This document shows, one piece after another, positions 15,703-23,997 of a DNA stretch of 24,934 nt. The stretch's first letter is position 1, and each line of letters opens with the position of its first letter. The notes beneath the pieces are model-generated. The model saw only the letters and a program-made list of their open reading frames with translations. It was not told the DNA's origin and did no database searches. The stretch comes from Anaerolineae bacterium. Its GTDB lineage: Bacteria; Chloroflexota; Anaerolineae; Aggregatilineales; Phototrophicaceae. The stretch is taken from contig JACMMD010000833.1 in the NCBI GenBank assembly GCA_014379235.1, positions 1 to 24,934 of the forward strand. Direction: 5' to 3'. The position numbers were made by a program, and so were the translations under genes.

Positions 15703-18468
15703 TTAAATCGCTTCCATATCGCGCCAGTTCGAGCCGACGTAGGCGTTAGCTTGAAGCGGCGCGTCAAGCTGCATAACGCCTTCCATCACCCCAAGAATCA
15801 AGTCGCGCACTTCGGTCACTTCTTTTTCGGGAACTTCCAGCACCAACTCGTCATGTACCTGCAAAATCATACGCGAGTCGAGGTTGCGTTCCAGCAGCGC
15901 ACTATGCAGGTCGATCATGGCGCGCTTCATGATGTCCGCCGCCGTCCCTTGAATGGGCATATTGATAGCTTCGCGTTCAGCGGTGCGTACCTCTTGACGA
16001 CCCTTATTCTTACCGCCCTTCAAAATCGCAAAGTTTCGCCGCCGCCCGAACAGCGTTTCGACGTAGCCGAGTTCTTCGGCTTTCTGAATGGTGCCATCGA
16101 GATATTCACGCACACGCGGGAAGCGCTCGAAATACTTGCGGATGAAATCTTCGGCTTCGGCAAAGGTGAGGTTGCTATCCCGCGCCAGTCGATATGCGCC
16201 CATGCCGTACAAAACGCCAAAGTTCACACGCTTGGCGAAGATACGCTGATCTTTGGTCACTTCATCCATTGGGACACCGTAGACAATCGAGGCAGTCGTC
16301 GCGTGAATGTCTTGCCCCTGCCGGAAAGCGTCGAGCATGGTCGGGTCTTGGCTAATGTGCGCCATGATACGCAGTTCAACTTGGCTGTAATCCGCGCTCA
16401 ACAGCAGCTTTCCCGCTGGCGCGACAAACGCCTGCCGCACCTCGCGCCGCGCTTCGGTGCGAATGGGGATATTCTGCAAATTGGGATTGCTGCTGCTCAT
16501 ACGACCCGTAGCCGCGCCCGCTTGATTGAAGCTGGTATGAACGCGACCCGTTTCCGCGTTCACGAGCTGCGGCAGCGCATCAACGTAGGTGCTTTTGAGC
16601 TTACTCACCTCGCGGTATTGCAAGATGTAGTCGATGATAAGATGCTCGCCCTTGAGGTTTTCGAGGACGTGCGCCGCCGTCGAATAGCCATGCGTCGTGC
16701 GCTCAATGCCCTGCGTGGGCAGTCCGAGCTTGCCGAATAATAGGTCGCTCAACTGCTTGGGGCTGTTCATGTTGACCGCGCCGTAGCCCGCGCTGTGATT
16801 GTTGATTTCTTCTTGTAAGCCGCGAAGCTGCTCTTCGAGCCGCCCGCTCAATTCGCGCAGGAAAGCCACATCAACCACCACGCCCGTGCGCTCCATTGAC
16901 GCGATGACCGGAACAAGCGGCATTTCCAACGTGTTCAAGAGATCGGTGAGGCCATCTTGTTCGAGCGCTGGCTGCAATACTTCAAGCAAACGATAGGTCA
17001 TGGCAGCATCGGCGGCGGCATAAGGCGCGGCGCGCTCGATGGACACCTGATTCATGGTCAACTGCTTTTTGCCTGAGCCGATCAGTTCCTTGATCTCGGT
17101 CATTCTGATCTTAAGCCGATCAAAAACAACGGCCTTGAGGCCGATCTGCCCGACTGGATCGACCAACCACGCCGCCAGCATGGTATCAACGGTGATCGGC
17201 GCAACGTCGATACCGTAGCGCTGCAACATCACCAGATCGTAATTAGCGTTATGCGCGTACTTAGGGATATTCGGATTGGTGAGCGGCCCGCGCAGTGCAT
17301 CCAAAACGGTTTGCATGGGTAACTGCTGACCTTCATCGTGCGCCACCGGGATGTAGTAACCCGTTTCGCCATCCGTCGCCAGCGAGATGCCCACCAGCGC
17401 CGCCGACATTTGATCGGTGCCCGTGCTTTCGGTATCGAACGCGATACCCTGCGCCGCGTTGAGCGTCTCAATTAATGCGGCTAAACTGGTTGCGTCGTTG
17501 ACGATCACCGTCGGTACAACGGCCTCAGCGGGTGTCGCTTCGACAATTGCGCCCGCCGCCGCAAACAGCGGAAGTTGCTCATCCTGCGGGATTTTCAAGC
17601 GCTGACCTAACGAGCGGAATTCCAACTCATCGAACAACGCCAACACTCGCACCGCGTCAAAATCATGGGAGACACACGCGGATAGTTCTATGGTCAGCGG
17701 CAGATCGCATATAATTGTCGCCAGCTTGCGGCTGAGAAACGCCGAGTCGCGCCCTTCGATTAACTTGGACTGTAAACTCCCTTTGATTTCATCTATATGA
17801 TCGTAAATGCCCTCAAGCGTTCCGTACTGTTTCAAAAGCGTGGTCGCGCCTTTATCGCCAATGCCCTTCACGCCGGGGATGTTGTCGGACGTGTCGCCCA
17901 CCAGCCCTTTGTAATCGACCAACTGCTCCGGCTCGAGTTCGTATTCTTCGCGGAACTTGGCGACATCCCATAAGACCGACAAGAACGCATCGGGGCCTTT
18001 GCCTTTACCCGGTAGCTGCACGGTCACATGCTCGCCAAGCAGTTGCAGCAGGTCGCGGTCTCCGGTGACGATCCGCACATCGACGCCTTCTTCGACGGCT
18101 TTCATGGCGATTGTGCCAATCACATCGTCGGCCTCGTTGCCCTCTGAAATCAGCATCGGCGTATTGAACGCCTCGACCACTTGCATGATGCGCTCGATCT
18201 GCGAGGCAAGGTCGGACGGCATCTTATCGCGTGTGCCTTTGTATTCGCTGTACCACGTATCGCGGCCACTGAGGCCCGCGTCGAAGCTAATGGCGAAATA
18301 CTCCGGCTGATCTTTCTGGATGATGTCCAACATCGTGCGTGTAAAGCCAAACACGGCGTTGGTGAATTCACCCGATTTAGTGGTGAAGCTGTTGAGCGGC
18401 ATTCCGAAATACTGACGGTAGGCCAGCGAGTGGCCGTCAATGATGTAAAACATGGGGCGTTTAGGCAT
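15703..18468 (-). CDS. polA: DNA polymerase I (5'-3' exonuclease, 3'-5' exonuclease, polymerase), 921 aa
   Basis: IIDGHSLAYR, EADDVIG, GDTSDNIPGV; Exo motifs FDTES, HNANYD, YAAADA; polymerase motifs ADYSQVELR, KRVNFGVLYG, QVHDE. Confidence 0.98.
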   Translation of the reverse strand: MPKRPMFYIIDGHSLAYRQYFGMPLNSFTTKSGEFTNAVFGFTRTMLDIIQKDQPEYFAISFDAGLSGRDTWYSEYKGTRDKMPSDLASQIERIMQVVEAFNTPMLISEGNEADDVIGTIAMKAVEEGVDVRIVTGDRDLLQLLGEHVTVQLPGKGKGPDAFLSVLWDVAKFREEYELEPEQLVDYKGLVGDTSDNIPGVKGIGDKGATTLLKQYGTLEGIYDHIDEIKGSLQSKLIEGRDSAFLSRKLATIICDLPLTIELSACVSHDFDAVRVLALFDELEFRSLGQRLKIPQDEQLPLFAAAGAIVEATPAEAVVPTVIVNDATSLAALIETLNAAQGIAFDTESTGTDQMSAALVGISLATDGETGYYIPVAHDEGQQLPMQTVLDALRGPLTNPNIPKYAHNANYDLVMLQRYGIDVAPITVDTMLAAWLVDPVGQIGLKAVVFDRLKIRMTEIKELIGSGKKQLTMNQVSIERAAPYAAADAAMTYRLLEVLQPALEQDGLTDLLNTLEMPLVPVIASMERTGVVVDVAFLRELSGRLEEQLRGLQEEINNHSAGYGAVNMNSPKQLSDLLFGKLGLPTQGIERTTHGYSTAAHVLENLKGEHLIIDYILQYREVSKLKSTYVDALPQLVNAETGRVHTSFNQAGAATGRMSSSNPNLQNIPIRTEARREVRQAFVAPAGKLLLSADYSQVELRIMAHISQDPTMLDAFRQGQDIHATTASIVYGVPMDEVTKDQRIFAKRVNFGVLYGMGAYRLARDSNLTFAEAEDFIRKYFERFPRVREYLDGTIQKAEELGYVETLFGRRRNFAILKGGKNKGRQEVRTAEREAINMPIQGTAADIMKRAMIDLHSALLERNLDSRMILQVHDELVLEVPEKEVTEVRDLILGVMEGVMQLDAPLQANAYVGSNWRDMEAI

Positions 18469-18515
18469 GGGTCGATTTCCGCTTATGGTCTTAAGTGTGG
18501 AACATTTGAGCGGAA

Positions 18516-18524
18516 ATTATATCA
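18516..18524 (-). promoter_or_regulatory. Candidate extended -10 promoter for polA
   Basis: Minus strand TG-A-TATAAT about 48 nt upstream of the ATG. Confidence 0.55.
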
Positions 18525-18535
18525 CAAAAGGCGAA

Positions 18536-18563
18536 TAGCTTTTAGCCTTTAGCGGTTAGCTTT
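18536..18563. repeat. Four tandem heptamers TAGCNNT
   Basis: tagcttt-tagcctt-tagcggt-tagcttt in the intergenic gap upstream of polA. Confidence 0.7.
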
Positions 18564-18626
18564 TAATGCGGATTCCTCGTCAGCACTACCGTTTGCCCTA
18601 ACGTATCAACGCTCTACGATGATCGG

Positions 18627-19079
18627 CTAGAGACTTACCATAATATATGCGGTGGAAGTTGCTTCATCTGTCTGATCGATTAAGACTTGATACATAGTTC
18701 GATCATAGCATTCTCCACCCAAATATATCTCTGGGCTTTGGGGAGGTAACCACCAATTTGGCATCCACCATTCAGGTTTTGTGTGTTGAAAAGGGTTCGT
18801 CTGGCTATCAATATCAGTAAATCTGTCTCCACATAATCCAGCCAGAAGATTATCTTCACTTCCGCTTGTGAAGTCGAAGGCTACATAGATGGTTCGGCTT
18901 TGCCCGATACCGAGATAAAATGCGCTGAGATTACTCGCATCAGTCGGTATTGGAATGAATTCCTTAGCCAGATTGATGCTATATTGGGCATGCATCAAGT
19001 AGCCCGCAACTAGCACAAACACGAGCAGCAGAACGACAATCGCACTCTTTGTAAGTAGGCTGCGTTTTTGGCGCGGCAT
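18627..19079 (-). CDS. Hypothetical membrane-anchored or secreted protein, low GC, 150 aa
   Basis: Basic N-terminus plus hydrophobic helix (AIVVLLLVFVLVAGYL), two Cys, a PEWWMPNWWLP motif. GC is about 42% in three 60-nt lines counted, versus about 60% in polA. Confidence 0.7.
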   Translation of the reverse strand: MPRQKRSLLTKSAIVVLLLVFVLVAGYLMHAQYSINLAKEFIPIPTDASNLSAFYLGIGQSRTIYVAFDFTSGSEDNLLAGLCGDRFTDIDSQTNPFQHTKPEWWMPNWWLPPQSPEIYLGGECYDRTMYQVLIDQTDEATSTAYIMVSL

Positions 19080-19099
19080 GAACTTGGCTAACGGCTTGT

Positions 19100-21724
19100 C
19101 TACAGCATTCGCTCGAAGTTGATGAACTGCTGAATTTCTTCAAGGTCGAGTTCGCGGCCCGGCGTGATGACGAGGTAGCTGTCGGCCCACAGGTTTGATG
19201 GCTCAATCGTGGAATCCTGTGTACGGGCGATGTCCGCCGAACGACGCTTCAAATCGCGGATCAGTTCGGGCGGCGGCGTTTCGCCGGGAACGTCCGTCAC
19301 GAGGTAAACATAATCTTCCTGCACTTCAAGAACGCGAATCTGCCAATGCTGTTCGGCAAGCTGGACATTCAGGCCCGCGTGAATGGCTTCGGCGGCGCGT
19401 TCGCTCAAGCGGCCTTCACGGTCACGCAGCAGCCACACATAAGCATAAGCGGTCAGCGGCCCCACTTCTGGAGTCGCAGGCGTGGGCGTAATTACCATCT
19501 CTTGCGATGCACGAGCAGGCGGCGACACATCACGCGGCGCGGTCTGGTCGAGCGCTGGCGCGGGCTGCGTGATCTCCGGCGCGGGGGCTTCACTCACCGC
19601 CGTTGATTCGAGCGGCCTGAGAATTTCTTGCGATTCTTCGATTATAGGCGGCGCATCCGGCACAGCATCAAGCGCATCGAGCAGCCGATCTCCCTGCCGA
19701 CGGATTGCCCGCAGCGGCATGGTTCCAGCGAAGATCATCGACAGCGTGTACTCGGAATCGGTACGACGCGAGTACAGCATGTATTCTTTGCCACTGCTCG
19801 GCAGCGTGATAAAGCGAATGCGGGCCGCGCCTGTTTCCGCGTCCCAATCGTTGGCAATCGCATTGAGCAGGCTTTCCAAATCGGTGGAACTGAGATGCCC
19901 CGCGACGGCGATCACTTCGCCATCCCGCGACAGCAGCGATGCCTCAGCCGTGAGTTCAAGCGAAACCTGCGTCAAGCTCAACGCCATCTTCGCCAGTTCC
20001 GAATCTTCGGTTGGTACGGGTACATTGATGATCGGCGTATCGGAAGGATTGGCGCTTGAAATGGGCCACGCTTCTTCAACCGCTTCGATGGATTCAGCGC
20101 GTTGGTCAGTATCGGCAGATGCGTCCCATGCCCACGCTGCTTCGTCCCATGCATCGGTAGCAGGTACAGCAGGAACAGGCGGCGCAGCAGGCACTGGCGG
20201 TGTTTTGGGCGGCGTTGGCATCTTTGGTTTTGGCGGCGATTGCTCCGGCAGCGTGACAGGCGGCGCGGGGCGCGTCTGCTGTGATGGCAGCAATTGCTCC
20301 GTTGTCGAATCGCGGGCTTCCTGAATATCCTGTTCGAGCTGCTCTTCTTGACTTTGCGAAGGCCGCGTCGTCTGGCCGATCAAGTCAATCGTCGTATTGC
20401 CGAAATCCGGCACACCCGGCTCACGCAGAAAGTCCGGTTCGCGCACATAAAGATCAGCATCAGGCGGCAGAAGTTCGCCACGTTCCATGCTGGCGCGGAT
20501 TTCGTCCAGCGCGACCTCAATCGGTGTCGAGGTATCCATCGTGGCTTCGAGGATGAACTGAGCGGGAATAGCGTCTGCGGTGGCATTGATGTCAGCCCCG
20601 GGAGTCGTATCGGCATTTTCCAGATTGAGAGGCCGCGACGCTGTGCTGTCACTGTCGCCGCGATCTTCACGGCTTTCGTCGCGCATAATCGACAGCACGT
20701 TTTGAAAGCCGGAGTCGGCCACGCCCAACATCAAATCGCCAACCGTGCCGCTTTCCTCGAACAATGGCATCGGCGGTTCTTCTTCCGCCAGCCTGCGAAA
20801 CGTGGTCGATTCGAGCAGCGACTCCAGCAGGTCTTCGCCGGGACGACGCCGTTCGCCTTCGGTTGGCCCCTCCCCGCTAGACGCATCCGCGAGAATAAAT
20901 TCGATCAGTTGGCGGTGACGATCTGGCAGCGATGTGTGAGGTTGATCGCCGCGCATCGAGTCAACGAGTTCGTTGAAGCCGCTTCGATCCGCCTGCTTAA
21001 AGGGCGTGTTATCGCTGCCACCTTCCCCTTCGTCACCGAGCGCGGTTAAAACGTCCTCGAATTCCTGCCCGCTAGTCGCTTGCCCACCAATCACACGGAA
21101 CGGGCTAGGATCATCGGCGGCGGTTTCCTGCGGCGTGACAGGCGTATCTCCATCGTCAGGCGAAGGCGAGTCGAAAAAGTTCGACTCTCCGAACTGCGAC
21201 AACACGTTATCAAGGCTGGAAAATTCGGGCACACTTCCCGGCTGCTGCATATTGAGGTCGCCGGGATACAAATTGAAACGGCGCGGTGGAGCAGCTGAGG
21301 TTTCGTCTTCACGCGACGACTGCGGGCTGGCTTTGAAGTCATCCGCTTCAGGCCACTGTGTCTGCCGCACCTGTTCCAGCGCGGACTGAATGATCGGTAT
21401 CAGTGTGCGGGCAGTAATCGGCGTGTCGATCATCGCTTGCAAGCGCAGGCCGTTAAGGATAGCCGTATCGCTTTGGCGCGGGCTGACAATGATGGCGAGG
21501 TTCGGCTGCACGTCGCGCAGTTGGCGCACCAACTCGATGCCCAGTACGTCCGGCAGGCCAAAATCGACCAGCGCCACATCCTGCGGCGACTCGCGCAGAA
21601 AGTCTAAGCCAGCATCAACTTCGGTAAAGGGGAAAACCTCGTAGATGCCGGTTTTCTCCAACGCCTGCTTGAGCGTCACTGCGAATGCCAGATGGCGGTT
21701 GATGATAAGTATGCGCGTCGTCAT
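19100..21724 (-). CDS. Multidomain protein: atypical receiver + acidic/Pro-rich disordered region + Roadblock/LC7-like domain + inactive IS200-type (Y1) transposase fold, about 874 aa
   Basis: N-terminal REC (ILIINR, LVDFGLPD). About 450 low-complexity acidic residues. SLLSRDGEVIAVAG...EYTLSMIF (roadblock/profilin-like). C-terminal AYVWLLRDR...LEVQEDYVYLV...LIRDLKRRSA...LWADSYLV...EEIQQFINFE parallels IS200 TnpA. ATG 21724 preferred over 21760. Confidence 0.8.
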   Translation of the reverse strand: MTTRILIINRHLAFAVTLKQALEKTGIYEVFPFTEVDAGLDFLRESPQDVALVDFGLPDVLGIELVRQLRDVQPNLAIIVSPRQSDTAILNGLRLQAMIDTPITARTLIPIIQSALEQVRQTQWPEADDFKASPQSSREDETSAAPPRRFNLYPGDLNMQQPGSVPEFSSLDNVLSQFGESNFFDSPSPDDGDTPVTPQETAADDPSPFRVIGGQATSGQEFEDVLTALGDEGEGGSDNTPFKQADRSGFNELVDSMRGDQPHTSLPDRHRQLIEFILADASSGEGPTEGERRRPGEDLLESLLESTTFRRLAEEEPPMPLFEESGTVGDLMLGVADSGFQNVLSIMRDESREDRGDSDSTASRPLNLENADTTPGADINATADAIPAQFILEATMDTSTPIEVALDEIRASMERGELLPPDADLYVREPDFLREPGVPDFGNTTIDLIGQTTRPSQSQEEQLEQDIQEARDSTTEQLLPSQQTRPAPPVTLPEQSPPKPKMPTPPKTPPVPAAPPVPAVPATDAWDEAAWAWDASADTDQRAESIEAVEEAWPISSANPSDTPIINVPVPTEDSELAKMALSLTQVSLELTAEASLLSRDGEVIAVAGHLSSTDLESLLNAIANDWDAETGAARIRFITLPSSGKEYMLYSRRTDSEYTLSMIFAGTMPLRAIRRQGDRLLDALDAVPDAPPIIEESQEILRPLESTAVSEAPAPEITQPAPALDQTAPRDVSPPARASQEMVITPTPATPEVGPLTAYAYVWLLRDREGRLSERAAEAIHAGLNVQLAEQHWQIRVLEVQEDYVYLVTDVPGETPPPELIRDLKRRSADIARTQDSTIEPSNLWADSYLVITPGRELDLEEIQQFINFERML

Positions 21725-21731
21725 AAGCGAG

Positions 21732-21760
21732 ATTGTATAGCGCCCTACAAGTGAACGCAA
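21732..21760 (-). promoter_or_regulatory. Candidate sigma70 promoter giving a leaderless mRNA
   Basis: Minus strand TTGCGT (21760-21755), 17-nt spacer, TACAAT (21737-21732), 7 nt, then ATG 21724; no Shine-Dalgarno sequence. Confidence 0.5.
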
Positions 21761-21784
21761 ACGCTAAATCGGGTGAAATGCGAA

Positions 21785-21815
21785 GGGGCGCGGTACGAAT
21801 ATCGCACCGCGCCCC
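21785..21815 (-). terminator. GC-rich stem-loop, probable terminator of the lipoprotein gene
   Basis: Minus strand GGGGCGCGGTGCGA-TAT-TCGTACCGCGCCCC: 14-bp stem with one G.U pair; only a short U run follows. Confidence 0.6.
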
Positions 21816-21838
21816 TGTCCGACGATTCGTTCGGATGA

Positions 21839-22984
21839 TTAGCTGGTAACCACCACCTCGAAAATTCCGAGGTTGTTGACTTCGCTCTGTTCTGCCACCT
21901 GCGAATCAGAGTCTGTGCGGGCTTGCAGCGTATACGAACCCACCGCCGTGAATGTCACTTCGATTGTGAGCAAGATGTTCTCGCCGGGGGCAAGGTTGCC
22001 CACCACGCCTAGATCAAGCTCCGTGTTATCCGGCTGAAGCAGCATCATGTTGGCAAACTGGCCGGTAGAACCTGCCCCTGTGTTCGTCACGACGATGGAA
22101 TACTGCGACACAATCTCCGTCTCACCGTCCAAACTCAGCGTTTCCTCACCCTCAATCGAGCTAATCACGAGGTCAGCCGGGCCGGGGGTGCGCGTTGGTG
22201 TATAGGTAGCCGTCGGTACGTTCGGAATCGGCGTATTGGTGCGGGTCGCCGTTGCCACACTGCTCGTGGGCGAAGGCGGTGGCAGCACAATCGGAATACC
22301 GCCGCAGTTACCGTAGAGCGTGGCATAGGCAGCGCTCATCCAGCCAATGGTGTTACCAGAGCGCACTTGCCACCACTCGTTTGAGCCAAGCCGCCCGATG
22401 ATCGGTACTTGCACACCTGCCGCGATGTCGCGGATGCGGTCATAGTTCGTGCCGGGGCCAGTTCGCAGATTAACGCCGGTGTTGGTCAAAATACGGCATG
22501 TTGGGTCGTTCGGGTCGATTTGCGGCACGTTTGGCGCGGGAGCAACTGTCGCCGTCACCTGAGCCACATTCGCACGAACGGTGATTTCAATCTCGGCGGG
22601 GTCGCTGGCTGTCGCGGCGCGATAAGCGATGACTTCCAGCGTCACATCACCCGCTTGGCGCGGACGATAATCCAGAATGTAAGTTTCGTTGAGATCGCCA
22701 GTGGGTGAATCCGACGATACCGTTTTGACGATCTGACCATCAGCGACCAACTGGACACGGGTCACGCCGACGGTATCGCTGACGCTGGCACTCACCAGAA
22801 TATCTTCGTTGACCACCACTTCGTCGCCGCTTTCAGGCGAATCAATCGTCACTTCCGGCCTACCCGTATTACTCGTGGGCAGCGTGGCAAGTGGTTCGTT
22901 TTCCACCGGGCCAGAGGTCAAGTTACAAGCGCTGAGAACCAGCAGCGCCAGAATGAGCAGAGTCAGGACAAGCCGATATCGCAT
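21839..22984 (-). CDS. Lipoprotein with Ig-like, bacterial SH3 and CARDB-like domains, about 381 aa
   Basis: Signal peptide II with lipobox LSAC; Ig-like PEVTIDSPESG...GVTRVQLVADG; SH3b VNLRTGPGTNY...WWQV...GWMS; Pro/Thr linker; CARDB ADLVISSI...VTNTG...EQSEVNN. ATG 22984 follows AGGA, with TG-C-TAGAAT at 23045-23037. Confidence 0.85.
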   Translation of the reverse strand: MRYRLVLTLLILALLVLSACNLTSGPVENEPLATLPTSNTGRPEVTIDSPESGDEVVVNEDILVSASVSDTVGVTRVQLVADGQIVKTVSSDSPTGDLNETYILDYRPRQAGDVTLEVIAYRAATASDPAEIEITVRANVAQVTATVAPAPNVPQIDPNDPTCRILTNTGVNLRTGPGTNYDRIRDIAAGVQVPIIGRLGSNEWWQVRSGNTIGWMSAAYATLYGNCGGIPIVLPPPSPTSSVATATRTNTPIPNVPTATYTPTRTPGPADLVISSIEGEETLSLDGETEIVSQYSIVVTNTGAGSTGQFANMMLLQPDNTELDLGVVGNLAPGENILLTIEVTFTAVGSYTLQARTDSDSQVAEQSEVNNLGIFEVVVTS

Positions 22985-23141
22985 AGGGTTTTTCCTTGTT
23001 TGCGCGAAATTCTCGTCGCATAACACATTTAAAACCATTCTAGCACGAAGCGAGAAAGCGGGACAATCAGTCTTATGGCTGATCTCTCGATGGTCAGCCG
23101 ACGATCAGCCAACGCAGGTTAGAAAATGGTAGGAGACGCGC

Positions 23142-23164
23142 AAAAGCCCCCAACTGCGGGGGCT
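23142..23164 (-). terminator. Candidate intrinsic terminator after the V4R gene
   Basis: Minus strand AGCCCCC-GCAGTT-GGGGGCT followed by TTT. Confidence 0.6.
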
Positions 23165-23199
23165 AAGGATCAGGTCAAATTAGTAAGCAGCTGAAAGGA

Positions 23200-23832
23200 T
23201 CAGCCAATCGGCTCTTTATAAACGACATAGCGGCCCATGTCATCGCCCTTGCCGATGCACGTCGCCATATCAACTTTGAACTCACGTCCGCCAGATACCC
23301 AACGCAAACCCTCTTGCAGCAGACCTTGACCCGCAAAGCAAACTGGTCGGTCTGTCTTACGCCCCCAACACATCGGGCAGCGTTCCAGCGTGTAGATCAG
23401 GCGGTCATTGCCTTCTTCATAAACGTTGGAGATTTGATCGGAGAACTGCGAGAAGATATTGGCCATCGCCGGGACGCCGATCTTCAGCTTGGCATTGAGC
23501 GGCAGCACCTTGAAAGCGAGGTCGCCCACGCCGGCCAACGCGCCGAAGCCCTTCAAGCCCTGCGCGAACGTCGCACGGCCAGCACGCAGTGCCAAACCGC
23601 GTCCGCCGCGTGGCCCGTACATATCTTCCAGCGCAATGTTGAGCGCGGTGAATTCTGCGAAGTCAAATCCCTTTTCCAAGTTGTCAATCGGGTAGTTGCC
23701 GACGTAACTCGCCAGCCCTGCCAGATTGAGAATAGCGTTGAGGCCATTCTTGCCCATGATCTCTTCCATCGCCTCGATGAAGATGCGGGCGAACTTGTTG
23801 GGATAGAAATATCCGCTCTTCTCAGGTGGCAT
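23200..23832 (-). CDS. V4R (4-vinyl reductase) domain protein, about 210 aa
   Basis: YGPRGGRGLALRAGR helix and C-terminal metal-ligand pattern CPMC...C...GLLQEGL...C. ATG 23832 follows a GGAGG RBS; the ORF track starts at 23883. Confidence 0.85.
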   Translation of the reverse strand: MPPEKSGYFYPNKFARIFIEAMEEIMGKNGLNAILNLAGLASYVGNYPIDNLEKGFDFAEFTALNIALEDMYGPRGGRGLALRAGRATFAQGLKGFGALAGVGDLAFKVLPLNAKLKIGVPAMANIFSQFSDQISNVYEEGNDRLIYTLERCPMCWGRKTDRPVCFAGQGLLQEGLRWVSGGREFKVDMATCIGKGDDMGRYVVYKEPIG

Positions 23833-23997
23833 CGTGCCTGATCCTCCGTTTGGTGAGTGAAGCCAACGCTGGCTTTGTCTCAATAATGCAATTTTCTACG
23901 GAAATGTTGCCCCCCTTAGAGGCCGCAAATTTAAGTATACGCCAAAAAGCCCTGTACGACGACAAAACAAAATTGAGGAACGAAGCGCGCCAAAATC

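Noticed and set aside
18536-18563. CRISPR array
   Set aside because: Units are 7 nt with no spacers and there are no cas genes; no CRISPR-like array was seen elsewhere in the window.
19100-19450. Active IS200/IS605 insertion sequence
   Set aside because: HUH and the catalytic Tyr are substituted, the domain is fused in frame to a host protein, and no tnpB or IS ends are evident; reported instead as a domesticated domain.
2524-21389. Long antisense or alternative-frame ORFs (e.g. 2524..3084, 8161..8688, 12658..13230, 15751..16740, 19482..20324, 20294..21049)
   Set aside because: They lie opposite well-supported genes and have no motifs; typical shadow ORFs of GC-rich coding DNA.
3528-23883. 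Longer N-termini in the ORF track (5075, 5510, 9351, 9247, 11525, 21760, 23038, 23883)
   Set aside because: Downstream ATGs fit RBS or promoter positions and domain starts, and avoid overlaps with neighbours.
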